A stretch of 63,709 nucleotides of DNA, counting the filler, from Collodictyon triciliatum (lineage: Eukaryota): assembly GCA_043381765.1 (NCBI GenBank). It is 12 parts of 12 records of this genome, joined end to end, with 100 filler letters (N's around TTAATTAATTAA, not from the genome) between each part and the next. Parts side by side here need not be neighbours in the genome. Positions count along the whole stretch, not along the records: positions 38,080 to 43,415 come from JBHJMP010005288.1; positions 43,516 to 48,851 come from JBHJMP010005289.1; positions 48,952 to 54,286 come from JBHJMP010005290.1; 9 more parts are not named here. The stretch is one strand, 5' to 3'. Below are positions 41,349 to 54,386 of this stretch, in pieces. The translations under genes and the position numbers were made by a program. Each line of letters begins with the position of its first letter. Positions within the stretch are counted from its first letter, which is position 1. The notes beneath the pieces were generated by a model. It was not told the DNA's origin. It saw nothing but the letters and a program-made list of their open reading frames with translations, and made no database searches.

Positions 41349-42455
41349 AAACTAACATGAATAAAAACCCAATATCATAAAATAGATGTTGTGGCGTATA
41401 TTGTGATATTTTTTTCAACATGGTCTTCATTGCAAAATCAAACTAAATAAGCAGTTGACATTTTCGATTAATGAATATCATCCGCAATGTTAAAAAAAAA
41501 TAATAAAGGCTCAACACTCGATTAGCGTCATCCGCTACCTCTAATCATAAACACGCGCGCGCTGAAAAATGGGCAGAAACTTTGCTGTTGAAGTAGAGGC
41601 CATCATCAGTCAACCGAAAGGGAGCTGAGTTGCGCGACGTTGGGTTAAGTGATATGTCTTTGCTATCGACGGTATGTATTTTAGAGGGTAGGGTGTCGCA
41701 CAAGCATCGAAAGTACGCAAAGGCACCGTCACTGAAAACCCCCACGGGTTTACACAATTCCCATTAATATATCAACATGGAGTAGCATATGATTTTGAAA
41801 CGAGGCATGCGGGCTTATGCAGGTATCTAGTATGTACGGAAACTGTGCGCCTTCGTGCAAGGTAGGGGAAACATACAGCCCAACCCTCCAGAACACAACA
41901 TCTCGACCTATATAGAAGAAAGGCCCTCACATATGCGTGATGATTGTATCATGTGCAAATATTACGAGACTTGTAAGGTGTTGTGATTCGTTTCTATGCT
42001 CCGCAACATCAAAGTCAAGTAAATTCCAGTATTGTATATATTCTGCACTCCGACGATTTCGAAAATATAGGGAAAGAGTTGTAATCAGCCACACTCGCTC
42101 ACTGAATTGAAAAACATAACCTCCAGAATAGGCACAGCGCTTCCTGCTTTTATTACACACAGTCCTTCTCTGGTACTCACTTTTTTTTTTATTACTTTTT
42201 GCATCTTACTTTTTGTAAGGTTATTTTTGTTTTTTGTGAGGGGTTTGCCTTTTATTTCATCTGGCTTTGTGTTGGGGGTTTTGTGAGTTTAGTTAAAAAG
42301 CAAGCTACTTCCTCAAAAGTCCCCAAGTGCACCGAACATGCGAACTTACCGTGTTGCCATCACAAGAAAAGTGCCCGCTGCGTTTGTTAACTGTCTCAAA
42401 GGTTCATAAAATAACTACTCGCCATGTTGTCTCTGCTATTTTCCTTTCTTTTTTA

Positions 42456-42579
<124 letters not shown>

Positions 42580-43020
42580 TGATATTATATTTATCTTGTT
42601 TAATTTCAATAGTTTAGTGAGAGAAAACAAAGCCGAGGAACCGCCTTCGCCTCAAGGACAAAAATGAGCTGTGGACAAGACAGTGGAAAACCCCGGATTG
42701 TGTGGTTGGAGATTTTGTGTTTTGGGTGGAAAGAGAAAGAAAAAAAGAAAATAGAAAGGAGAGAAAGTGTTCTCACATGCAGACTATTCTACCCGAGGTG
42801 AATCAGCTCCAACGCGATTTCTGGTTGTATTCGAGACTGACAGAGGAGTGGATAAAATGCAGGTCGATGAAAGTACGCACATGGAAGTTACTTCTCAAAT
42901 CGATTCCGACGAGTCCTTTCAACCATCTATCTCAGACAAGGTTTACACCCAATTTCATTCCACAGGATGAGTCTTTTGAGGGGACAACGGGTCACCTTCC
43001 TTGCATTTCTTGCTGGGAGA

Positions 43021-43415
43021 TTAAGACAAAAAGCGATACATCGTTGTTTTTCTGGTATTATCAGAAGTGGCGCTTGACCGTCCCCTGGCATCGGGACCAT
43101 GCGTAGCCGGCAGTGGACTTTGCTTAAACGGAGTATGGATACGCGTCTGTGGTTTTAGAAACATACACTCCTGCTTGCTCGGACTGTCTTTGGTGTGTGA
43201 AGTTCCAAGCTTGGATTCGACTTGTGCTGTTTGCTCTTGCTCCTTTGTTCTCGGTGCGACGGGCTGGGGCAGGGTAAACGGACTATCTTTGGTGGGCGCT
43301 GGCTCTTGTGTTGCCTTCGATTTGGAGTATCCTTTCGGATAAGTAACGAAGACTGCCTTGATGCCTCCTATGTTAACCATATTCACGTCAGTCTGAATGG
43401 GTAGTTTAAGGGGGG
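43021..43415 (-). mobile_element. Possible LINE ORF1 fragment
   Basis: LPIQTDVNMVNIGGIKAVFVTYPKGY plus Pro/Thr-rich linker; similar to 21254-21665. Confidence 0.35.
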
Positions 43416-43515
43416 NNNNNNNNNNNNNNNNNNNNNNNNNNNNNNNNNNNNNNNNNNNNTTAATTAATTAANNNNNNNNNNNNNNNNNNNNNNNNNNNNN
43501 NNNNNNNNNNNNNNN

Positions 43516-43611
<96 letters not shown>

Positions 43612-43697
43612 TTTGGTACTAATTTTCATTATTTTGTCCATCAACCGACACGTCTATGATACGTGACACTTGTTTTCTGAATGCGCCTCTAATATAG

Positions 43698-43915
43698 AGT
43701 TCGAGAGGTTCAACACCTACCAGCTGGAATCGTTCTTTATGAAAAACAAGCTCGAGTATGCGGCGCGTCTCGTCCTTCGCGACAGCCTTATCGGCTCTGA
43801 CATTGTCAGTGTTGAAGGACCTGCGCTGGAAAAATACTTTGGAATCACGTCAAAGATGCACATCGAAGTGCTTATTGGGAAGATGAGGCAGGCGGAATCA
43901 GTGCAGCAGAATTAG
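43698..43915 (+). CDS. Terminal exon encoding a SAM-like domain
   Basis: Acceptor tag at 43695-43697; FNTYQLESFFMKNKLEYAARLVLRDSLIGSDIVSVEGPALEKYFGITSKMHIEVLIGKM fits the SAM pattern; TAG stop. Confidence 0.6.
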
Positions 43916-44456
43916 CGCGGCAGAGCAAGGAGTGCTGCATATCATGGGCAGATGCTTTTTGGCTTTTATTTTCCTGATAATCTTATTCAAAACTTCTTTT
44001 TCTTTTCATTGCCTCCTCATTTTTTTCTTTCTTTCTCAGTTCTTGCAAAATGTCCCATGAGCAGCCGAATACAACTACACCCTTTTAGCATTTGCAATGA
44101 ACACAGGATATCAACTATCCGTGTCATTCTCGTCGCCTTTTTTTTTTTTATTTCGTTCTGATGGATTACTTCACCATGTCGTTCCCTTTCCTTCCTTTTT
44201 TTCTTTTTCTTTTTCTTCTTCTTTCTCTCACTAAAATCTTCAAGCCATATCAACGTTTTGTGTTTCATTTTATTTTAGTCAATATTTGCTCCTTTTATTT
44301 ATTTGAAAATATCGTTCCATCTCGTGTATCAAACAATAGCAACTTCGCCCATTCACTTACAAACGCGACTCGTGGGTTAATTCGGTGGATTATTTCGGAG
44401 AAAACAGCGATTAGCATGTTGGGATTTGCGTATTCGCCCATCAAATCACATCTGAA

Positions 44457-47400
44457 TCATGATTTCCAGCCTGGCCAAGCCTTAGCCTGGCTCGCACCCT
44501 CTGAGTGGGTTCTGGACAAGGTGGGTGCGGTTGCTGGCTTCTTTGTGCTGCCTGCACCTGTGCGCAGAAAAAGTAAAATGAAAAGAGCACGTTATTTTCA
44601 TCCCACGAATGACACATGAAGAGAGAAAGAAAGAAGATAAGGAAGAAAGACAAAATCAGGTTCTGGGCAAATCATGAATAGTTCACTTGCCTGAGGAGCT
44701 GAGTGATTTTGTAATAGAGGAGCCGCCTGGTTTTGATGCTGCTGAAGAAAGCGGCACTACAGTCTTTGCTACCGCTTTTGTCGTGGCGTTTGGAGTTGTG
44801 TGCGATGCTGTGGTGGTGGGTTTCGATAAAGACCCGGCTGATGGTGTTTTTCGGAGTGGGGTCGGCAGTGCAGATGATAATCCTGATCTCTGCTTCGATG
44901 AGACATGTGTTTGCAGCGCTGGCTGCTCAAGCCTACTTTTAACTTCAACTCTAGTAATATATATTTGTTAGACGAATATATCAGGCTACTATTGGTTGGT
45001 TGTTTGTTTGTTTGTTTGTTTGTTTGTTTGTTTGTTTGTTTGTTTGTTTGTTTGTTTGTTTGTTTGTTTGTTGCGATACAAAAAGAAAAGGTATCTTGTA
45101 TGACATGCGATTTGAAGAGAGGGAGAAATAACAATTTTTGTTGCGTTTTGGTCGTCATGTGTCTTTTAAAGTCGAAAACAATATCAGTGTTCATCGAGGA
45201 AGAGAATCAGAGAGGAGAGAAAGGCAAAGGAAAAAAAGAGCAAAGGTTACATGCGCGTTTGCTCTGCTGATTGGGATAGGCCCAGACTGATTGTAGAGTT
45301 GTGTTCGGAATCTGGTTTGGAAGCCGTCTCATCCCCATTCACGGAATGCTGTTCAGAGTTTGCTGTCAACCCACACAAGTCCGTTTCATCTTGCAAACTC
45401 TGGATATCACCTTGCGCTGTGCGTTTTGTTGTGTAGTGATTAGAAAAACTCCAAAATGGTGGGAACTCATGGATGCGAAATGGTTATTATGGCGAGAAAT
45501 AATGTTTGTGTGTGCACAAGTTATCGGGGTGATGATGCAAATTAGTCAAAGTACCATAGACAGGATACGAAACTATTGTCGCTAATATGGTACAAAGCAA
45601 AATATAGAGAAATATATTGCGATAATGTTAATTATGTCTTTTCCTTTTTATAAGATTTAAGTAATAACGTTAGCCATTACAATAGAAGGTTCAACATTTC
45701 ATATGCCCATGGGAAAAAATTGTTACTTTCAAAAATATTCGAGGAGGACAGCGATTGGTGGATAGAACCAGTGGGCAGATCAGAAGCGAAGCGCTTTTGA
45801 ACGGGATTAACGGAATGCGTAAAATCTGCAAAGCAAGCATTGTAAATTATGCTGTGCGTCAATTACATACATTTTTTTTTTATGTTTTTATGTATCGCCA
45901 CATATTTGGTTTCTACGTAAAGTCTGCATCATGAACAAAAATCGTTTGATAACGCAACAGGAACGCAAGTTTGTAGAAATGTTAAGGCATCTAAATTATG
46001 GTTTGATTAGGTAGTATCCATGCATGTTGCACCTGCTACTTTGGGGTGTATCTCAGTGTTTTTTGAATCAGAGCGAACATCTGCAGGAGTGGGGTGTTGT
46101 CTCACAATGGTGTCTACACTCTGGAAAAAATAAAAAAAAAGATGAGATGGAGTTCTTTTACATATTTGTAATCAGATGGAAAAAAGAAGTGAAGATAAAT
46201 CCAGTTTTATCTAAAACCTTGAGATACTTTCCAGACAAGTTTGACATTTGCTCCTTCAGTTTCTGCAACAAATGTTATTCAAATAAATGTAAATAAATAC
46301 GGCATCATTTTGAATGAAAATCGACCACGAAAATAAATGAAACAAAAAATTACTATGATGTCTGCTTCATAATTTTTTTGGAGTAATTCTAGATGTGCCG
46401 ACTTTGCTTGCTCTTCGATGAGCATTTGTTCCAGTTTTTTAATCTCAATCCTATACTTTTCACTCAATTGTGCAACCTGCGAAAGAGAAACGAGGCTTCA
46501 GCTTACGCCTGATTAAAGAAGCTGTGAAATAGTTAGCTATGGGTTATGATAAATCTGTACATATTATTCATAGTCAAACGAAATAAACAAACAGTCGCTT
46601 GGTGGTATGTTTCAGATGTAGCCTTCTTTTTCTCCTCCTCCTTAGATAATGTCTTAACGTCGGCTATATAAGACTAGGTATTTTTTTTTAAGTTGGAACG
46701 TCGATTGCTTTTCTTTATTTTTCTTCACTCCGGGGGATTTTTTTTTTTTGGCTTTCTTATAAACTCGAAATAATTTTCATTTCGTGGTTAGATGGAAAAA
46801 CCAAGAACGCATACACTGAGTCGTGATATCTCCATTTCGTTTGACTGGTTCTGGGAAATGAGCTGGTCTATTGTTAGAGACATGTCCAATTCCTATATAT
46901 TATGAGATATGTGACTAATAAAATAACATAGAAACTATTCATGTATGCAGAATGATGATATTATATTTCAATTTCTGAATATTAACCTTATCGACATGTT
47001 TCTTCAATTCCAGCTGATGGTGTCGTTCTAATTCAATTTTTTCCATAGCGATACGTTGAATGTCATCTTGTATCTGTCATTTTGTGAAATCATGATAATG
47101 AGTAAAAGTTCGCAATAGCTCTACAGAAAATAAAAGGAAACGAATCAGCATGGGTGTGTACTTTTTTGAGGTCGGTTTTTTCCTCCAATATGAGGGTCCG
47201 AATCGATAATGCAGAAACATCAGACAGCGCGATACCTTTGAGAAAACAAATGTTATCATAAGTACATGGATACCTTATATACATATTGTTCTGAAAGAGA
47301 GAAAAGAAAAAGAAAAGATAAATATAAGATATACGTATACCTGGTTGAAGAAGGGTGGCCAGTTCATATAGGGTTTGACTATGCTTCGTTTCATTCGATT

Positions 47401-48649
47401 GTATTTTCATAAGGAGATTCTGAAAAAAGAAAGGAAGAGAAAAACAAACAAACAAACAAACAAACAAACAAACAAACAAACAAACAAACAAACAAACAAA
47501 CAAACAAACAAACAAACAAACAAACAAACAAACAAACAATATATGGTGAAACTAATAGCATGCTTAATTACATATGTGGTTGATACGTCCTACTCTGTGA
47601 AACTAACCTGAGCCTCTTGTGTCAATTTGTGAATCTCTTGTTGAAGTTTCTGGCATTCAACATTTTTTTGGGAGACTGTGTCTCTCGATTGTCCCATCTG
47701 TCCCTGGTAATCCGACATCACGGTCTTTTTTTTTTCTCGATGAGTTTTTCAAGTTTCATCGAAAAATTAAATAAATAAATAAAAAAAAACCAAGACAGCC
47801 AATTGTTTTCTTTCTGAGAAAAATTTGAACAATACCTGGAGAGCTTCATAAGCCCCATTAACTCTGGACAATTCCTCACTCTTTTGGTGAACGACGTCTT
47901 TTGTTTGAGCCAATTCAATTCTTAACTGGACAATATTCTCCTTTTTTTAAAAAAATATATAATTGAATATTAATTCTTCAGAAAAAGAGAAGACAAAAAA
48001 TGAAAGAAAGGAAACCTCCAGACGAGAAATATCAGATAGATGCTGTGTTGATTTTGAACACTCATTTGTTACACGGGTCCTAAGCGATTCGTTTTCTTTC
48101 TGCGAAGCAGTATATGCTTTGGCTGATTGTTTGAGGGATTCAGTAACTTTTGAAATCTCCAAATCCTTGGCGCTGATTTCGCTCACCTTGAAATGGTATT
48201 GACGTAAATATCTTAAAAAAAAATCCAAGATAGGCATTCACGGCTCTACTTTCAAATAATATTAGTTACTGAATCTTTCAGTAAATTCACATGATAATTT
48301 TTTTTTTTGGTGAATCTGAAAGGTAAAGAATCAGAAACCTTAACAGAAATGTCTTTGCTCAAGTCTGAATTGATACTTTCGAGCTATGAAACCATAACGA
48401 TAATGGTGATAATAATTGAATTGAACAAGAATTCGGAGATTTGCTGTTGTTAGAAAATCTCAAAAGTACAAATCCTAATAGAAATGTGAATTTAATTAAT
48501 TTTAGAGATAAACCTGAATGGCTCTCTGCTTGGCATCTTCCAAGCTGTTTTGAAGCCTCTGAACACTATAATTCATATTTTTCAATTCCTCTTCTTTTTC
48601 TCTTGAATTCTTTTCAAGCATGTTGATTGTTTCAATCATAGTTGTTTTC
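44457..48649 (-). CDS. Multi-exon coiled-coil protein with Ser/Thr/Pro-rich tail (5' partial)
   Basis: Heptad-rich exons (EKNSREKEEELKNMNYSVQRLQNSLEDAK, EISAKDLEISKVTESLKQ, EIKKLEQMLIEEQAK) with GT-AG borders; last exon ends AKAWPGWKS*. Confidence 0.65.
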
Positions 48650-48709
48650 CTGTGAGATATTCTGATTAGCCATACATATTTTTTATTCAAAAAACATAGT
48701 ATGACCATG

Positions 48710-48810
<101 letters not shown>

Positions 48811-49287
48811 TAATAATGATAATAATATGAAGAAAACAGCGTACTCTGAGGNNNNNNNNNNNNNNNNNNNNNNNNNNNNNNNNNNNNNNNNNNNNTTAAT
48901 TAATTAANNNNNNNNNNNNNNNNNNNNNNNNNNNNNNNNNNNNNNNNNNNNTATGTTATGTTATGTTATGTTATGTTATGTTATGTTATGTTATGTTATG
49001 TTATGTTATCTTATGTTATGTTATGTTATGTTATGTTATGTTATGTTATGATTGGATGTTAATGATATGTTATGTTATGTTATGTTATGTTATGTTATGT
49101 TATGTTATGTTATGTTATGTTATGTTATGTTATGTTATGTTATGTTATGTTATGTTATGTTATGTTATATTATGTTATATTATGTTATATTATGTTATAT
49201 TATGATTGGATGTTAATGATATGATGTGATATGATTGGATGACTTGGTGAAGTAGCTGAGAGAAGACAGGGTCGGTTGCTTTTTCGT

Positions 49288-50810
49288 TTATTCCGATTTG
49301 GCACTCTTTGCTGTGGCCGCCTTCTTCGGTGTCTTTGCTGGGAAGACGTAGACTGCCACAAGGGTAACAAGGAGAGGCAACCAGTGCCCAATGAAGTAGA
49401 CATTGGCCCAGGCAGAAACACCAAGCTTAAAGTCCAGTACCTGATTAGATGAAGAGTTTGTAAGTTCACTCTTTGAGAGACAAAAATCAATTATCTACGG
49501 CATCGATAGAGAAAAATGCATGGCGTATTGGATGACAACAAACCATGAATGGCGCAAGAGCATAGTTAAGAACTCCCAATGACATGACGAAGCCGAGAAT
49601 ATCGTACACGTATTTCAGAGGGTATTTACCCAGGCCGCCTTGGTCAACAAAGTAAGGACGCAACGATCGTCGAAGCTCTACAAAGAAAACGTGTAGATAA
49701 AAAGAAATTCATTGAGACTTGGCCTTTTGATATTTTAAGAACGAACAGAAAGAAAAAAAAAAGACACAATTTTTTGGAAAAATAAAAAAAAAACGATTGT
49801 TTTAAGCACTCGTCCACAGTTGGCCGATAAGCCTTTCGTGTCTTAAAGTTGGCTCCTATCATAAATGAATAGAGAATGGATGAGCAGGAGAGTATGAGCA
49901 TGCATTCATTACCACGTGCTCCGGCAGTAAAGAATCCGGTGCTAATGAATGAGAGATAGTAGCCAGGATAAACGCCCTGTTTATATAAAGTGCAAAATGG
50001 AGAAATTAAATAAATGACGTTACTTTGCATTTCAAGTGGTTTCAATCAGACTAGAACGTTGATATCATACATGCCAAACTGCGCCAACAAGTGTTGTGAT
50101 AATTGTTGCGATAGTACGCGATGCTTTGGGATACAGGTCAGAGAAGCGAAGGTAGACATCTACCGATAAACAAGGACAGAGAATAATAATCAGCTCAATT
50201 CTTGTCGTATCCGTAAACGTATATAAAAAAAGTATAATGGGGATGGGAATATGTCGAACTATTTGGTTACATTCTTTCATCCAAACTTGGGTTGGGATGT
50301 TCCATGAATCAATCGCATCTTTGATACTCTGCGCTGTTTCAACCTCAATCACATGGCATGTATCAACCGGACCCCTAAATGGCCCCACGGAATTGAGTAT
50401 AAAATATGAGCAGGCACAAGATGTTACAATTTCTTTATCCCACTTCCCTCGGGGAATCATTGGTATTTTGACAACGTCCAATCAAGATTGAAAAGCAACA
50501 ATTATTAAACTATGACCGTCTAAGGCTTTGGCCGATAGTAAAATGAAATAACAATACAATAAAAAAATACAATAAAAATAAAAGTAAACGGCATATTTCC
50601 TTATAACAATCTTCTGCTACATACTTGCACAATTCTATCGAAATTTTACCAAACAGATGAGCCGTCGTCTTTACTGAACCCTTTGAAACCGAATCCTCCA
50701 AGAATGCAAGAGCCCTCGGCGATGGACCAAATGGAGTAGTATTTCCATCGTGTTAAGCTCACAGCTAGTTGCATGTAGAGCACCCTATAGTTTCGAGGAG
50801 TAATAATATC

Positions 50811-50859
<49 letters not shown>

Positions 50860-50867
50860 AAAAAAAG

Positions 50868-50905
<38 letters not shown>

Positions 50906-52348
50906 TAAACTGGGTGTAATAAAATTGCGCAGAGGGAAATATGATATGAGTTAATTCTAGTGAGATAAAAAAAAATAGGAAAGGATAATGGTATCTCAAT
51001 AATTTAAAATGAAGAATCGCCACAGAAAGCATGTTGATGTTTATGTAAATATATGAATGGTCATAGAATTTGTATATCTTACTTGTACCAAAACTCTCGA
51101 GCAGCAAATTCGTCTGTTGTGCAGTAAAGGGTGGGGTACTTGCTGATCAGGTAGAATCCTACAGAAAAGAATAGTCCCTTGAAAAGCTTGCGCAAACCCT
51201 TCACAACGCATGCGCTTCGGACTTTATCCTCTGGCAGGCCTTTCTGCAAAAGAATAAGTAAAGAGTGACGGGTAAAAGTTTTTAGAATCAGTAAATTCCT
51301 GCTTGAAACTAGAGACAAGAAGAAAAGAAAAAACAAAGGAAAAACAGAGCTGCAATTCAATTGGATGAGCATTTTGATTTATATTTCGTAGTTTAGCAGA
51401 GATATCAGCACACGGACATTGAAGAATCCACGATTATATGAAGTAAGGTATAAAAGAGTTATAAAAGAGTATTTGTGTAAAAACAAAACCAGGTTATCTC
51501 TGCGGATGAAATCGATATAATCCTTGAATTCAAAAGGCGGCCCAACCAAAAGGGCTCCAAAGTGGAAGATAAAGCCAAAATATTCCAAGGCGGTGGGCAC
51601 AGGGACAGCGTATTGGGCTCTCCTTTCAGATATCTGAATGGCAATATTCATAACTGTCCATTTCGAATATGAAGGAAAATTTCCTTGTGACTATCAAAAC
51701 ATGTGTAGGAAAGATAAGTTGCCAAGATATCAAGTATGTTCTTTGCCTTTTCTCCTCCCTTCTTGGACTTTTGATAGTCTAGAATAGACCACGCTAAACT
51801 CGTCACTTTGATGGTGATGAGCATGATAGGATATTCGATTTCCAGAGTCCATTGCAGATAAAAGAAGTAGGTGACGTAGATTTGCCTGAGTGCAAAGAAG
51901 TAAAGTTTGATTGGATTGTATATTCAGCCTCGAACAATGATGAAAACGTGAAAACAAATATGATTAGTTGGCATCAATCTTTTGGTAATCATATGTGCAA
52001 ATAGTTGCGTTTATCAGGGGAAAGAAAAAAATCGATAAAGTTTTTGTCGCATATGTGACATATTGAATATAGAATTTTGCAAGATTTTTGATATATTTGA
52101 CTCATTTAGAGTGCCGAATCGGAGTAAATAATGACAAGGGCAATACTCACACTGCTGTCAGGTAGACAAAGGTGAAAAGAAAAACCGCCTTTGTTGCGAC
52201 TTGGGGCTGGAGAAAGCGAATCATAGCATAAGCCACGCCCGAGCAGACCAGGGTATTGACAAACTTCGGACCGTACACAAGAAACCCGCACGAGAGTCCA
52301 AGAATCATGGAATAAGCCAAACGGATCCTATGCAAGTGTAAACTTTTC

Positions 52349-52436
<88 letters not shown>

Positions 52437-52629
52437 ACCCATCGATAGTAGCGGTGGAAGTTTTGTTTAAAAAGGAAAGTAGAAACACTCACGTTGGACT
52501 TTTTAAAATCCAGAACACGGTTGAAAGTGGAAAGGAAAGCAGAAAGCAGGAAAGGAAAGTATCCTGCTGGATTGCAGAGAAGAGATTCCCAGCCTGCTTC
52601 ATGATGTCCTCCAACATAGCTGCATCCAT
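49288..52629 (-). CDS. MBOAT lysophospholipid acyltransferase (ALE1/LPCAT-like)
   Basis: LEYFGFIFHFGALLVGPPFEF, RWKYYSIWSIAEGSC, SWNIPTQVWMKEYVYLR, AVWHGVYPGYYLSF (catalytic His); likely start MDAAMLED. Confidence 0.92.
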
Positions 52630-53271
52630 ATCCTCCTACGAGCGAATCATACAAAGTAAGAAAAAGAGCATACAATATCTTTCCTCTCAAATCAGCTATA
52701 CAAGAAGTATCACTAATGATCCAGTTGTTAAAGGATCGCTTTGATACAGAAGAAGAGACGAATGGCAAGCTTTTCATCTATCCGTAGGCGTGAAGAATGG
52801 AAGAACGAATAATTTGAGAAGGAAAAGGAAAAGGAAAAGAAAAGGAAAAGGAAAAGGAAAGAAAAGAAAAGAAAAGAAAGAGAAATATGCTCTTCCAGAT
52901 ATACACTTTGCTTGCAAGTGCCAGCAGAAAGGGTTGTTTACATGTATACAGCGCAGCCACCTCCGAACGTCTGTTAGCCGAGGCTCAGCTTCTTCGCTCG
53001 CAAAGGCGGCGTGACCTGATTCATCCTCGAGCGAACGACAGCGCGTCTTGTGCCTTTTCGACCTTTCAAGCAATCTGTCCAACTCTGGAATTTATACTTT
53101 CAACATATCCCGCACTCTTTCACGCACCCGATCGCTGAACAAAACAAAAACAAGAGCAAAGACTTGCAAATAAACAAAAAGAAAAAAGCATCACAAAGTA
53201 AGCACAACAAAATAGAAAAGAAAAGAAAAGGACACAAAGAACACAACCATCTTACTCGCCTCAAGTCAGCC

Positions 53272-54086
53272 ATGGACTCCGTCGACGCATCCGACCAGCG
53301 CTTTGACACGCCTCTGGAAGACATCGTCCTCGAGGCAGAAGGGAAGCTGCTTGCCATGGAAACCCTGCAACGCACAAAGCTCACGCCTTCAGCCGCGCCA
53401 TCGACACTCGCAGACCGCCACAGAGACGATGACGGAACCGGAACCGGAGTCGGAGTCGGAGTCGGAGTCGGAGTCGGAGTCGGAGTGATCTTCTCCAGCG
53501 AGGACGAAGCCAAGAAGCAGCTGATTCATCTCGACCTGCAACTGGCCCGGCTCGTCATGGGCGCCCTGGGCACGCTACCCAGCTTGCGGCAGGTGGGCGC
53601 GTCAGCCGCCAGCTCATACCAAAAGTGTGTGTCCTTGGGCTCGCCGAATCGACGCACGGTGGAAACATACGCAGAGATTGTCGGTATGTATGTGTGCCGC
53701 TGCAAACTGGAGTTTGTGCGGCTGAAAGCCAAGCGGCTGATGTGGGAGGCCGAGCGAGGCGCAGGGGCGATTGTCGGGGATGAGGAAGAGTGGGACGAGG
53801 TGACCAAGGCGTACTCGGATGCCATACAGCACAAGCAGATTCTGCTGAGGGTGATTCCCGACTCGCACAGCTTCTTCACACAAACGTATGAACAGAAATC
53901 TCTCGAGAGGATGAGTCTGACTGTAGAGCAATATGCACTACTGGATAAGGTCAAGCCTATGATGGATCTGATAAAGCACTTCCCAGAGATGCTGGCGTCG
54001 GAGGATGTCTTTGACCTGAATGTTGCCTTCAGTAAAGTGCATGAACTGATGATGTTCTCCTCGCTCCTCCAGAGGACAAAAGAAAG
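53272..54086 (+). CDS. First exon of an uncharacterised helical protein, divergent from the MBOAT gene
   Basis: GC-rich open frame MDSVDASDQRF.. with (GV)n tract, ends at AG|gtgggg donor. Confidence 0.65.
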
Positions 54087-54386
54087 GTGGGGTTGTTTCT
54101 ACGTTTCTACGTTTCTGCGTTTCTACGTTTCTACGTTTCTTTGTTTCTTTGTTTCTTTGTTTCTTTGTTTCTTTGTTTCTATGTTGTTTTTGTTTTTGTT
54201 TTTTTGTTTTTTGTTTTTTGTTTTTTGTTTTTTGTTTTTTGTTTTTTGTTTTTTGTTTTTTGTTTTTTTTTTTTTGTTTTTTTTTTNNNNNNNNNNNNNN
54301 NNNNNNNNNNNNNNNNNNNNNNNNNNNNNNTTAATTAATTAANNNNNNNNNNNNNNNNNNNNNNNNNNNNNNNNNNNNNNNNNNNN

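Noticed and set aside
41500-42400. Moderately GC-rich stretch with short ORFs
   Set aside because: No recognisable protein motif, splice-consistent model or RNA motif; left uncalled.
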